Shown one piece after another: positions 47,643-59,467 of a DNA stretch of 64,000 nucleotides. The notes under the pieces were generated by a model that had not been told where the DNA came from, ran no database searches, and worked only from the letters and a program-made list of their open reading frames with translations. The stretch comes from an uncultured Candidatus Rokubacteria bacterium. GTDB lineage: Bacteria > Methylomirabilota > Methylomirabilia > Rokubacteriales > DASRDR01. The number at the start of each line of letters is the position of its first letter. Within the stretch, counting starts at the first letter, position 1. Position numbers and translations under genes: made by a program. The stretch spans positions 1,600,001 to 1,664,000 of the forward strand of contig CAWDVE010000010.1 of assembly GCA_963805625.1 (NCBI GenBank), given 5' to 3'.

Positions 47643-47676
47643 ATTGTATTGTCATAGTCTAATATGTCAACATAAT
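47643..47676. promoter_or_regulatory. Overlapping divergent sigma70 promoters in AT-rich patch
   Basis: Minus: TTGACA(47670-65)-N16-TACAAT(47648-43); plus: TTGTCA(47649-54)-N16-CATAAT(47671-76). Confidence 0.65.
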
Positions 47677-47898
47677 GCTGCATACGGAATGGAGACGTGA
47701 CGACTTGGCGGCAAATCGTGGCCCGGCGCCCCAGACGAGGGATGCTCGTGCCGGGCATGGACTGGTGCCATCGTGCGGCGCGTGACCCGCGGCGAGCGAG
47801 GGCGAATGCCATCGCTCCGACGCAGGCTAACGGCGCGAGGGATCTCTTGACCCACCGAGCCCGCTGTCCACGAAAGCCGTAGGCGCCAGGTATCCGTC

Positions 47899-48372
47899 GT
47901 GGGACTCCACTTTCCACGAACCGGTCGGAAGGCTGGGGACGATCTCAGGGCCTCCATCACCTGGTGCGAGTATGTGTCGGCACTGTCCGCGGCGACGGAT
48001 CCAGGCGACCTGGGGCGTGGACGGACGCACACCGTCACGTCAGGGCTGCCGTACCTGGGCGTCGGACCGAACGAGACCGCGGTCAGCGCACTCTCCGAGC
48101 AGGTGCGCCGAAGGCCAGAGGATGAGACCGCCCACCGCCTCCTAGGCCTGACGCAGCTCGCCCGGGGGCGGATTGGGCCGGCCGTCAAACACCTCGAGAT
48201 CGCTCTCCGTCTTGTCTCGCATCACGCGCGGCGAGCCGTGGGCTTGACGGACGCCTTGCACCTTCAATGCGAGGCGGCGACGCTGCGTCTGATGCTGATA
48301 CGGCTCTACATGCGGCTGGGGAACGTGGCTAGGGCGCGCTCGTTGGCCCGTGAAGCCCAGACCGTCCTCTGA
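47899..48372 (+). CDS. Hypothetical TPR-like protein
   Basis: PEDETAHRLLGLTQLARGRIGPAVKHLEIAL, LIRLYMRLGNVARA helical repeats; start uncertain. Confidence 0.45.
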   Translation: MGLHFPRTGRKAGDDLRASITWCEYVSALSAATDPGDLGRGRTHTVTSGLPYLGVGPNETAVSALSEQVRRRPEDETAHRLLGLTQLARGRIGPAVKHLEIALRLVSHHARRAVGLTDALHLQCEAATLRLMLIRLYMRLGNVARARSLAREAQTVL

Positions 48373-48381
48373 GCGTCGTGG

Positions 48382-50718
48382 TCAGGCACCGCCCTGGCCA
48401 GCACGCTGCTGACTTGCCACCAGCGCCATGGCGATCCGCTCGGGCGTGATGGGCAGCTCCGTGATCCGCGCGCCGGTCGCGTCGAAGACCGCGTTGGCGA
48501 TGGCCGCCGGCGCGGGCACGATAGGGGGCTCGCCGACGCCCCGGGCCCCGAAGGGCCCGGCCGGCGAGGGCACCTCGACGATGATCGTCTCGATCTTCGG
48601 GAGGTCGGCCGCGGTGAGCTTCCGGTAGTCGAGTAGGCTCGGATTCGTGAGCCGCCCCTTCTCGTCGAAGAGAAGGCCCTCCGTGAGGGCAAACCCGAGG
48701 CTCTGGACGGCCCCGCCCTGCATCTGGCCCTCGACGCCGAGCGGATTGATCGCCTTGCCGGCGTCCTGGACCACCACGAACTCGTGGAGCGTGAGCTCAC
48801 CCGTATCCGGGTCCACCTCGACCCTGGCGAGCTGGGCGGCGAAGGCGGGGGCCTGCACCGCGAACGCGATGTGGCTCACGCCGAGCACCGGCGGCACCTT
48901 TGACATGTAGAGATTACCCTTCTTCCCGATCTGGGCCAGCGTGATCGAGCGGCTGGGCACGCCGCGAACCGTCACCCGGCCGTCCTCGATCTCGAGGTCG
49001 TGGACGGCGGCCTCCATCTCGGACGCGGCGATCTCGAGCGTCTGACGGCGGGCATCCTCCGCCGCCTGCATCACCGCGGCGCCGACCGTGTAGATCGTCT
49101 TGCTGCCCGCGCTGAGCCCGGTGAGCGGCGCGCTGTCGGTATCCCCGGTCGTGATCCGGACGCGGTCGACGTCCACCCCGAAGGCGGACGCGGCGATCTG
49201 CGCCAGCCCGATGTTCGTGCCGGCGATGTCGACCTGGCCGGTGAGGACCTGCAGCGACCCATCCGGATTGAGCCGGACCGTGGCGCCCGTGGGCTGGAGC
49301 CCCGGGATCCAGCCCCCGACCGCCAGCCCTGTGCCGCGCAGCCCGTGTCCGTTCCTGCCGCCGCCGGCCGCCCACTCCCCGCGAGTCTTCCACAGCGGGT
49401 GCTCGGCGAGCCGGCGCAGCACCTCCTTCGCCCCGTTGCTCTGCCAGGACTGGCCGTTGGCCATGGGATCGCCCTCTTGCATGAGGTGCCGGAGCCGAAA
49501 CTCGACCGGATCGAGCTTCAGCCGGCGGGCGATCTCCTCCATGTGGGAGTCGATGGCGAAAACGGTCTGGGGCGCGGTGGGCGCCCGGTAGGCGGCGACG
49601 CTCGGCTTGTGCGTCAGCACCTCGAAGCCGCGGACGTCGAAACTGGGCCACTTGTACAGGCTCCCCAGGAACACCAAGCTCATCGTCAGGACGGTGCCCG
49701 AGATCGAGCCGGAGTCCAGGATGGTCTCCGCTTCCAGCGCCAAGAGGGTGCCGTCCCGCTTGACCCCGGTCTTGAGCCGGATGATGACCTGGGGCGCGGG
49801 CATGCCGGCCTCGAGCTCCTCCCGCCGCGTCATCACGTAACGGACCGGGCGGCCGGTGGCGCGAGCCAGGATCGCGGTGATGGGCTCGCACAGCGCGCGG
49901 ATCTTGCCGCCGAATCCACCGCCGCACTCCATCGGGATCACCCGGATCCGGTTCTCCGGGATGCCGAGCACGTCGGCGACCTCGGAGCGCGTGTTGAAGG
50001 ACCCCTGCGTGCTCGCCCAGATCGTGAGCAGCCCGTTGCTGTCCCACTGGGCCAGCACGGCATGGGCCTCCAGGTAGCCCTGGTGGACCATCGGCACCCG
50101 GTAGGTGTGCTCGAGCACGAGGTCGGACTCGGCGAAGCCCTTGGCCACGTCCCCCCGGTGGAGGTGGGCCTGCTGCGCCACGTTCACGGCGCGGGCCGGC
50201 TCGGCCTCGCCCTTGGCCGCCGCCACCCCGGAATGCGCCAGCGCCTCGCTCGTGTCCGCCTCGGTCCCCGCGTCGGCCACCGGCGGCGCCCCGGGCAGCA
50301 TCGACCGCAAGGGGTCGATCGCGACCGGCAGCACCTCGTACGCCACCTCGATCAGGTCGAGTGCCTCCTCCGCGATCGCCAGCTCGTCCGCCGCCACGGC
50401 AGCCACGGGCTGGCCGGAAAAGATCGCGCGGTCGATGGCGAGCACCGCGTGGGCGCGGGTTGGCGCCTTGCGCTTGAGCTCTGGGATGTCGGCCGCCGTC
50501 AGGACGGCCCGCACGCCGGGCAGCGCCCGCGCGCGGCTGGCGTCGATCCGGAGGATGCGGGCGTGGGCATGGGGGCTCCGCAGGAGCTTCGCGTGGAGGA
50601 GCCCGCGCGGCTTGAGATCGGCCACGTACTGGACCTGGCCCGTCACCTTCTCCGGTCCGTCCGGTCGCGGAATGGAGAGCCCGACCCCCTTCACCTCGCG
50701 CGTGGTCTTCATCGCCAT
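48382..50718 (-). CDS. Xanthine dehydrogenase family molybdopterin-binding subunit (CoxL/CutL-like)
   Basis: RSPHAHARI, GGGFGGK, AYRAPTAPQ, GQMQGG, GARGVGEPP. Confidence 0.93.
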   Translation of the reverse strand: MAMKTTREVKGVGLSIPRPDGPEKVTGQVQYVADLKPRGLLHAKLLRSPHAHARILRIDASRARALPGVRAVLTAADIPELKRKAPTRAHAVLAIDRAIFSGQPVAAVAADELAIAEEALDLIEVAYEVLPVAIDPLRSMLPGAPPVADAGTEADTSEALAHSGVAAAKGEAEPARAVNVAQQAHLHRGDVAKGFAESDLVLEHTYRVPMVHQGYLEAHAVLAQWDSNGLLTIWASTQGSFNTRSEVADVLGIPENRIRVIPMECGGGFGGKIRALCEPITAILARATGRPVRYVMTRREELEAGMPAPQVIIRLKTGVKRDGTLLALEAETILDSGSISGTVLTMSLVFLGSLYKWPSFDVRGFEVLTHKPSVAAYRAPTAPQTVFAIDSHMEEIARRLKLDPVEFRLRHLMQEGDPMANGQSWQSNGAKEVLRRLAEHPLWKTRGEWAAGGGRNGHGLRGTGLAVGGWIPGLQPTGATVRLNPDGSLQVLTGQVDIAGTNIGLAQIAASAFGVDVDRVRITTGDTDSAPLTGLSAGSKTIYTVGAAVMQAAEDARRQTLEIAASEMEAAVHDLEIEDGRVTVRGVPSRSITLAQIGKKGNLYMSKVPPVLGVSHIAFAVQAPAFAAQLARVEVDPDTGELTLHEFVVVQDAGKAINPLGVEGQMQGGAVQSLGFALTEGLLFDEKGRLTNPSLLDYRKLTAADLPKIETIIVEVPSPAGPFGARGVGEPPIVPAPAAIANAVFDATGARITELPITPERIAMALVASQQRAGQGGA

Positions 50719-50734
50719 GGTTCTTCAGCTCCCC

Positions 50735-51208
50735 TTACGTCCGCGTCGCGTGGGCGGCCTCGTCGATCGCGGCCAGCATCTTCGTGTAGCCGGTACACCG
50801 GCAGAGGTTGCCGGCGATACCGTACCGAATCTCGTCCTCCGTGGGGTGCGGCGTCTCGGCCAGGAGGGCCGCGGCCGCCATCAGGACGCCCGGAATGCAG
50901 AACCCGCACTGGGGCACGCCGTGGCGAACGAAGGCGTCCTGCAGCGGGTGGAGTGCCCCGTGCTTGCCAAGGCCCTCGATCGTCAGCACCGAGCGCCCGC
51001 GGGCTTGCATCGCCAGGATGAGGCAGCTCGCGACCGGCTGGCCATCCAGATGGACCGTGCACGCCCCGCAGTCGCCGGTCCCGCACCCCTCCTTGGGCCC
51101 GGTGAGACCGAGCCCCTCGCGGAGCGCGTCCAGGAGGGTCTCGTAAGGCTGGACGAGGACCTCCACCGACTCTCCGTTGACCGTGCAGCCGAGAACCTGC
51201 TTGGGCAC
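50735..51208 (-). CDS. [2Fe-2S] subunit (CoxS-like)
   Basis: GCGTGDCGACTV, QCGFCIPG, NLCRCTGY. Confidence 0.95.
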   Translation of the reverse strand: MPKQVLGCTVNGESVEVLVQPYETLLDALREGLGLTGPKEGCGTGDCGACTVHLDGQPVASCLILAMQARGRSVLTIEGLGKHGALHPLQDAFVRHGVPQCGFCIPGVLMAAAALLAETPHPTEDEIRYGIAGNLCRCTGYTKMLAAIDEAAHATRT

Positions 51209-51231
51209 GCGGCGGTTCCTCCCCGGGATCG

Positions 51232-52098
51232 TTAGCCGCCCGCGCGCGCGAGGGCCGTGGTGAGCGTGCGGCGGGTCAGGACCTGGACCAGGTGACGGCG
51301 AAAATCGGCGGACCCACGCTGGTCGCTGATCGGCCGGGCCGCCTCGACCGCGAGCACGGCGGCGCGCTCGATCAGCTCGGGGGTGACGGGCCGCCCCTCC
51401 AGCGCCTGCTCCGCCGCCGTGGCCCGGACGGGAGTTGGCGCCACCGCAGCGAGGGCGACTCGCGCCTTCGCGCAGACCCCGTTCGACAGCGTGAGCTGGG
51501 ACGCGACTCCCACGACAGCGATGTCCAGCTCGCGGCGAGGCGTGTGGCGCCGGTAGTTCCCACCGCTGCGCGGCCCGTGAGCGGGGACGACGATCTCGAC
51601 GAGCAGCTCGTCGGGCGCGAGCACCGTGCGGCGCACACCGACGAAGAACGAGGCGAACGGAACCCGGCGAGCTCCTCCGGGTCCCGCGATCACCGCCTCC
51701 GCATCCAGGGCCAGGAGGGGCGGTGCCATGTCGGCCGACGGGGCGGCGTTGCACAGATTGCCACCAAGCGTCGCGAGGTTCCGGATCTGGACGGATCCGA
51801 CCAGCGCGCCGCTCTCGGCAATCGCGGGGTAGACCGCCCGGACGCCGGGATCACGCTCGAGCGTGCGCGCGGTGACCGCGGCCCCGATCCGGAGACCGCC
51901 GCCGTCGGCGTGGGCGAGCTGCCGGAGCTGACCGACCCCGGACAGATCGACCACGCAACCGGCTCGTAGCATGGCATTCTTCAGCTGGGGGAGAAGGTCC
52001 GTCCCGCCGGCCACCAGCTTGGCGTCCGGTCCGCGGTCAGCCAGCGTCCGGACGCACTCATCCACGCTCTCCGGCATCACGAGGTCAAACCGTCGCAC
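51232..52098 (-). CDS. FAD-binding subunit (CoxM-like)
   Basis: AGGTDLL, QIRNLATLGGNLCNAAPSAD, ISDQRGSADFR. Confidence 0.93.
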   Translation of the reverse strand: MRRFDLVMPESVDECVRTLADRGPDAKLVAGGTDLLPQLKNAMLRAGCVVDLSGVGQLRQLAHADGGGLRIGAAVTARTLERDPGVRAVYPAIAESGALVGSVQIRNLATLGGNLCNAAPSADMAPPLLALDAEAVIAGPGGARRVPFASFFVGVRRTVLAPDELLVEIVVPAHGPRSGGNYRRHTPRRELDIAVVGVASQLTLSNGVCAKARVALAAVAPTPVRATAAEQALEGRPVTPELIERAAVLAVEAARPISDQRGSADFRRHLVQVLTRRTLTTALARAGG

Positions 52099-52353
52099 GC
52101 GTCTCCCCCTGGGGCATGCCGTCTTGGCGCAGCAGGCCGCCGCCCGATCCTATCAGATGCTCCGCCGGACCAAGCGGCCTCGTTCATCGCGCAAGCTCCA
52201 ACGCCCCCGTGGCCACCTCTGGACGTCCTGCCGTGTCAGACGCTCCTCCCGCGCGATGGGCCGCGCTCCCCCTGCCCGCCTGAGCCCCGGGTCTCCGCCG
52301 CCGGCGACCCGTGGGCTTGTCGGGACCGACGTGACGGCGGTAAGCTCGCCGGC

Positions 52354-53745
52354 GTGCCGACGCATTACACGTTGATCAACCCCGCCACCGAGGCGCCGCT
52401 CCGCGAGGTCTCCTACACCACTCCCTCGGAGCTCGCGGCCATCGCCGCGCGGGCTCGCGCGGCCCAGCGCGACTGGCGCCGGACGCCGGTCGCCGAGCGC
52501 GTGCGCTTCGTGGGCCAGATGGTCCCCGCTTTCCGGGCCATGGCCGACCAGGTGGCGCTCGACATCACCCGCCAGATGGGCAAGCCCCTCCAGCAGGCCA
52601 AGAACGAGATCGCGACCATGATCGATCGCGCGGAGACCATGTGCCGGCTGGCGGAAGGCTCCCTGGCCGACGAGCCGCTCCCGCCCAAGGCGGGGTTCGA
52701 GCGGTTCATCCGCCACGAGCCGCTGGGGGTCGTGCTGGACATCGCCGCCTGGAACTACCCGTTGCTGATCGCCGTCAACGTGATCGTGCCGGCGCTGCTC
52801 TCGGGGAACGCAGTGCTGGTCAAGCACGCCCGGCTGACGCCGCTGTGCGGCGGTCACTTTGCCGACGCCTTCGCCCGCACCGAGGTGCCGGCCGGCCTCG
52901 TCGCGGCGGTGACACTCGACCACGAGACGACCGCAGCGCTCATCCGCTCGGGACAGGTGGACTACGTCTCGTTCACCGGCTCGGTCGCGGGCGGCCGCGA
53001 GGTCTACGGCCAGGTCGCGCACCGCTTCATCGACGCGGGCCTCGAGCTCGGCGGGAAGGACCCCGCATACGTCTGCGAGGACGCCGACTTCGACTTCGCG
53101 GTGGAGAACGTGGTCGACGGCGCCTTCTACAACGCGGGGCAGAGTTGCTGCGGCATCGAACGCGTCTACGTCGCCCGGTCGCTCTATGACCGCTTCGTCG
53201 ACGCCGCCGTGACGCTCGTCCGGCAGTATCGAATGGGCGATCCGGAGGACCCCGCGACCACGCTCGGGCCGCTGGCCCACCGGAAGGGCGCCGCCCTGGT
53301 CGAGCAGCACGTGGCGGAAGCCCGCGCGGCCGGGGCCCGCGTCCTGACCGGAGGCACTCCCTGGCGGGGCCGCGGCTACTTCTGCGAGCCGACCGTCCTG
53401 ACCGAGGTGGACCACGGCATGAAGGTGATGCGGGAGGAGACCTTCGGACCCGTGGTGGGGATCATGCCGGTGCGCGACGATGCCGAAGCGGTACGCCTCA
53501 TGAACGATAGCCCCTACGGCCTGACCGCGTCCGTATGGACTCAGGACATGGACCGCGCCACCCGTGTGATGTCGGAGCTCGACGCCGGCACGGTCTACGC
53601 CAACCGCTGTGACTACCTCGATCCCCTCCTGCCCTGGGTGGGGGTCAAGGACAGCGGCAAGGGCTGCTCGCTCTCCCACCTGGGCTTCGGTCACCTGACG
53701 CGCCCGAAGAGCTTCCACCTGCGGACCCGCACGCGCCCGGCCTGA
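52354..53745 (+). CDS. Aldehyde dehydrogenase family protein
   Basis: AWNYP, FTGS, LELGGKDP, NAGQSCC, EETFGP. Confidence 0.95.
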   Translation: MPTHYTLINPATEAPLREVSYTTPSELAAIAARARAAQRDWRRTPVAERVRFVGQMVPAFRAMADQVALDITRQMGKPLQQAKNEIATMIDRAETMCRLAEGSLADEPLPPKAGFERFIRHEPLGVVLDIAAWNYPLLIAVNVIVPALLSGNAVLVKHARLTPLCGGHFADAFARTEVPAGLVAAVTLDHETTAALIRSGQVDYVSFTGSVAGGREVYGQVAHRFIDAGLELGGKDPAYVCEDADFDFAVENVVDGAFYNAGQSCCGIERVYVARSLYDRFVDAAVTLVRQYRMGDPEDPATTLGPLAHRKGAALVEQHVAEARAAGARVLTGGTPWRGRGYFCEPTVLTEVDHGMKVMREETFGPVVGIMPVRDDAEAVRLMNDSPYGLTASVWTQDMDRATRVMSELDAGTVYANRCDYLDPLLPWVGVKDSGKGCSLSHLGFGHLTRPKSFHLRTRTRPA

Positions 53746-53856
53746 CCGCCGCGGCCGGACGCTGCTTGACCGGCCTTCGTCGCCCCGCCTAGACTCGCTG
53801 TATCGTCGTTCGATCACCCCCACCACCTAGGGGAGGCGACATGACCGACCCACGTC

Positions 53857-54171
53857 TTGATCGACGGCGCCACGCGCTTCGGGGCGTTCCGGCGCGTGGT
53901 GCTCCCGCTGGCGGCCCCGGGCCTCCTGGCGGCAGCCCTCTACGCCTTCACCCAGGCCTGGAACGAGTTCCTCTACGCGCTGGTCTTCATCACCAACGTC
54001 AAGCTCCGGACGCTGCCGGTCGGCCTCTCGACGTTCATCACCGGCGACGTGTACGGATGGGGCTACCTCATGGCGGGCGCCGTCCTCACGACGCTGCCCG
54101 TGATCGCCGCCTACGTCTACCTCCAGCGCTACATGGTCGAGGGGCTCACCGCCGGCAGCGTGAAGGGGTAG
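53857..54171 (+). pseudogene. Carbohydrate ABC permease (MalG-like) C-terminal fragment
   Basis: IDGATRFGAF..AWNEFLYA..TLPVGL..QRYMVEGLTAGSVKG only; an RBS+ATG at 53841 is out of frame with it. Confidence 0.8.
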
Positions 54172-54233
54172 CGGGATCCTGGTGGACCGGAGGGCGAGGT
54201 CGTGGCGTTTCGAGCCGCTCCCGGAGGCCTCCG

Positions 54234-54298
54234 TTTATGCCGGCTTGACGACGCGCCCATCGGTCTTTGCGGTTTCTTGATGAGCCCTCCCCTATGCT
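54234..54298 (+). promoter_or_regulatory. Putative KdpE (OmpR/PhoB-type) boxes and -10 element
   Basis: TTTATG-N5-TTGACG, TTTGCG-N5-TTGATG, then N10-TATGCT. Confidence 0.55.
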
Positions 54299-54344
54299 CG
54301 TTGGCGAGAGGAATCCGCGGCGTCCCTGAGGAGCGGGGTGGACC

Positions 54345-55106
54345 ATGAGCCAGGATGACCGAGGGGCGGTGTGGTTCGTCATCGGCGTGGGAGGGGCCGT
54401 CGCGATCGGCGCGGCCCTGACGCCATTGCGGACGCTCGTGCCGGCGTCGACCCTCGCCTTCGTGTTCATCGCCCTGACCCTCGTGGTCGCCGAGATGGGC
54501 GGCCGGGGACCGGGGCTGGCCACGGCTGTCGTGTCCGCCATCAGCCTCAACTTCTTCCTGACCGAGCCGTATCTCTCGCTCGAGATCCACAAGCCCGGTG
54601 ATATCGCCGCGTTCGTCGCGCTCGCAGTGTGCGGCCTCATCGCGGCGGCTTTCGGGAAGCGGCGCGTGCGCACGGCGGAGCAGGTCAGCCGGACGCGGGG
54701 CGATCTGGAGGTGCTCGGACGGACCGCGGCCAGCCTCGCGGCGCGAGCGCCGATCGAGGACGTGCTGGAGGACCTTCGGCGCTTCTTCGGTCTCGGCGGC
54801 CTGGTGCTCCGGCGGGCTGACGAGCGCCTAATCGCGGCCGCGCCGCCGAGCCAGGCCGCGCTGCCGCCCCCCTCGACCCAGCTTGAAGCGTCGACGCTGG
54901 TCGCCAGCAACACGCGGGTGCACACGCTGGGCCGCACCGGGTTCCGCTTCCCTCAGGGAGGCGGGCGGCTCCCGCTCCAGGCCCGCGAGCCCCTGGTCCT
55001 CGATATCTGGGAAGGGAACACCGAGGGGCTCACCCTGGACGAGCGCCGGGCACTGGCCGTCGCGGCCCTCATGATCGCGCTCGCCGAGCCAGCCTCCCGC
55101 GCGTAG
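54345..55106 (+). CDS. Stand-alone DUF4118 (KdpD transmembrane) domain protein, copy 1
   Basis: 4 TM with SLNFFLTEPYLSL (KdpD NFFF.PP..-like); ~140 aa soluble C-terminus, no His-kinase motifs. Confidence 0.8.
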   Translation: MSQDDRGAVWFVIGVGGAVAIGAALTPLRTLVPASTLAFVFIALTLVVAEMGGRGPGLATAVVSAISLNFFLTEPYLSLEIHKPGDIAAFVALAVCGLIAAAFGKRRVRTAEQVSRTRGDLEVLGRTAASLAARAPIEDVLEDLRRFFGLGGLVLRRADERLIAAAPPSQAALPPPSTQLEASTLVASNTRVHTLGRTGFRFPQGGGRLPLQAREPLVLDIWEGNTEGLTLDERRALAVAALMIALAEPASRA

Positions 55107-55234
55107 CCGTCTCCTTCGCCCCCGGGGCGCGCCCCCAGACCGAGGCCACCCCCGGACCCACATCAACGCACGCTCTGCCTCCGGCTTCCGGCGACCCGCT
55201 CCCCTCCCCGTCCCCGCCCGATTCAACGCCCCTC

Positions 55235-55300
55235 TTTACGGATCCTTGATCCTTCCGGGGCCAGTCTCTAGCGCGCCTTGACGCCTTCCTCCGCTACGGT
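55235..55300 (+). promoter_or_regulatory. Putative KdpE boxes and -10 element of kdp operon
   Basis: TTTACG-N5-TTGATC, TTGACG at +43, then N11-TACGGT; same spacing as site at 54234. Confidence 0.55.
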
Positions 55301-55366
55301 TCTCGCCATGCAGCTCTCTCGCTGCGCGGCTTCGGTCTCACCTACGGAATCACCGGGAGGCTAGTC

Positions 55367-55450
55367 ATGCTGGACTTTCTCTACATCGGGCTCACCGTCG
55401 GGTTCCTGGCCCTGTCCTGGGGGCTGGTCGCGCTCTGCGACCGGCTGTAG
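55367..55450 (+). CDS. Small single-TM Kdp-associated peptide (27 aa)
   Basis: MLDFLYIGLTVGFLALSWGLVALCDRL with GGGAGG RBS, directly upstream of kdpF; absent from ORF track. Confidence 0.75.
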   Translation: MLDFLYIGLTVGFLALSWGLVALCDRL

Positions 55451-55462
55451 CGGGAGGCTGAC

Positions 55463-55555
55463 ATGCCCATTCTCTACGTGATCGGCGGCCTGCTCTCGGT
55501 GGGGCTCCTCGTGTACCTCGTGGTGGCGCTCCTGAAGCCGGAGGTGTTCTCGTGA
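55463..55555 (+). CDS. kdpF: K+-transporting ATPase subunit F
   Basis: [30 protein letters not shown] (YL..AL..PE.F motif), GGGAGG RBS, GTGA overlap with kdpA. Confidence 0.9.
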   Translation: MPILYVIGGLLSVGLLVYLVVALLKPEVFS

Positions 55556-57360
55556 CCCCGAACGGGTACCTGCAGCTCGCGCTCTATCTGGTCGTCCTCA
55601 TCGGCCTGGCCAAGCCGCTCGGGCTCTACATGGCCCGCGTCTACGAGGGGCGCACGCCGGGGCTCGGACCCCTCCTGGGGTGGCTCGAGCGCCTCGTCTA
55701 CCGGCTATCGGGCGTCCGGCCCGACCGAGAGATGGGGTGGCAGACGTACGCCCTCGCGATGTTGCTCTTCAACTTCGCGGGCTTGCTGGTCGTGTACCTG
55801 CTCCAGCGCCTGCAGGGCGTCCTCCCGCTGAACCCGCAGGGCCTCGGCGCGGTGACGCCCGACTCGTCGTTCAACACCGCCGTCAGCTTCGCGACCAACA
55901 CGAACTGGCAGGGATACGGCGGCGAAACGACGATGAGCTACCTCACCCAGATGCTGGGGCTGACCGTGCAGAACTTCGTGTCGGCCGCGGCCGGCATGGC
56001 CACCCTGGCCGCGTTCCTCCGGGGCTTCTCCCGCCGCTCGGCCGAGACCATCGGCAACTTCTGGGTCGACCTGACGCGGTCGACGCTCTACATCCTGCTG
56101 CCCCTCTCGCTCGTGCTCGCGCTCATCCTGGTCTCCCAGGGCGTGGTCCAGACCTTCGGCGAGTCCGCGAAGGTCACGGTCGTCCAGCCCACCCGGTACG
56201 ACGTGCCGGAGACGGACAAAGACGGCAAGCCGGTCCTCGACGAGAAGGGTCAGCCCAAGATGACGAAGGCGACGCTGAAGGAGCAGATCCTGGCCGTGGG
56301 GCCCGCGGCGTCCCAGGTCGCCATCAAGCAGCTCGGGACGAACGGCGGCGGGTTCTTCAACGTGAACTCGGCGCACCCGTTCGAGAACGCGACGCCGCTC
56401 GCGAACTTCCTGGAGCTGCTCTCGATCCTCGTGATCTCTGCGGCCCTCTGTTACACGTTCGGCGCCATGGTCGGGGACACCCGACAGGGTTGGGCGATCC
56501 TGGCCGCGATGACGGTGCTCTTCGTGGTGCTGCTGGCCGTCTGCGTCGTGGCCGAGCAGCGTGGCTGGACGCTCGCGTCGCTCGGGGTCGACCACCAGGC
56601 CAGCGATCTCCAGGCGGGCGGGAACATGGAGGGCAAGGAGGTTCGGTTCGGGATCGCGAACTCCGCCCTCTGGGCGACCGCGACGACCGCCGCCTCCAAC
56701 GGCTCCGTGAACTCCATGCACGATTCCTACACGCCGATCGGCGGGCTCGTGCCGATGTGGCTCATCCAGCTCGGCGAGGTGATCTACGGCGGGGTGGGCT
56801 CCGGCCTGTACGGCATGCTCGTGTTCGCCATCATCGCCGTCTTCGTCGCCGGACTCATGGTCGGGCGGACTCCCGAGTACCTCGGCAAGAAGATCGAGGC
56901 CTACGAGATGAAGATGGCCTCGCTCGTGATCCTCATCCCGCCGGCGATCGTCACGATCGGGACCGCGATCGCCGTGGTGAGCCCCGGGGGCACCGCGACC
57001 ATCTTCAACCCGGGCCCCCACGGCTTCAGCGAGGTGCTCTACGCGTTCTCGTCCGCCGCCAACAACAACGGTAGCGCCTTCGCCGGGCTGGGCGCGAACA
57101 CGCCCTTCTACAACACGGCGCTCGGGTTCGCCATGCTGTTCGCCCGATACTGGCTGGCGATCCCGACCCTGGCGATCGCGGGGTCGCTCGCGCGCAAGAA
57201 GACGGTGCCGGTCGGGCCCGGCACCCTGCCCACGCACACCCCACTCTTCGTTGCGCTCCTGATCGGGGTGGTCGTCCTCGTGGGGGCGCTCACGTTCATC
57301 CCCGCGCTCGCGCTGGGACCGATCGTCGAGCACCTCATGATCACGGCCGTGAAACCGTAG
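55552..57360 (+). CDS. kdpA: K+-transporting ATPase subunit A
   Basis: [38 protein letters not shown]. Confidence 0.97.
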   Translation: MTPNGYLQLALYLVVLIGLAKPLGLYMARVYEGRTPGLGPLLGWLERLVYRLSGVRPDREMGWQTYALAMLLFNFAGLLVVYLLQRLQGVLPLNPQGLGAVTPDSSFNTAVSFATNTNWQGYGGETTMSYLTQMLGLTVQNFVSAAAGMATLAAFLRGFSRRSAETIGNFWVDLTRSTLYILLPLSLVLALILVSQGVVQTFGESAKVTVVQPTRYDVPETDKDGKPVLDEKGQPKMTKATLKEQILAVGPAASQVAIKQLGTNGGGFFNVNSAHPFENATPLANFLELLSILVISAALCYTFGAMVGDTRQGWAILAAMTVLFVVLLAVCVVAEQRGWTLASLGVDHQASDLQAGGNMEGKEVRFGIANSALWATATTAASNGSVNSMHDSYTPIGGLVPMWLIQLGEVIYGGVGSGLYGMLVFAIIAVFVAGLMVGRTPEYLGKKIEAYEMKMASLVILIPPAIVTIGTAIAVVSPGGTATIFNPGPHGFSEVLYAFSSAANNNGSAFAGLGANTPFYNTALGFAMLFARYWLAIPTLAIAGSLARKKTVPVGPGTLPTHTPLFVALLIGVVVLVGALTFIPALALGPIVEHLMITAVKP

Positions 57361-57378
57361 CGGCGGAGGTCGACTGTC

Positions 57379-59446
<2,068 letters not shown>

Positions 59447-59467
59447 CGAGAAGGAGATTCCCAAACC

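Noticed and set aside
48382-52098. Aerobic CO dehydrogenase coxMSL
   Set aside because: Lacks the AYxCSFR motif, and no coxDEFG accessory genes are present
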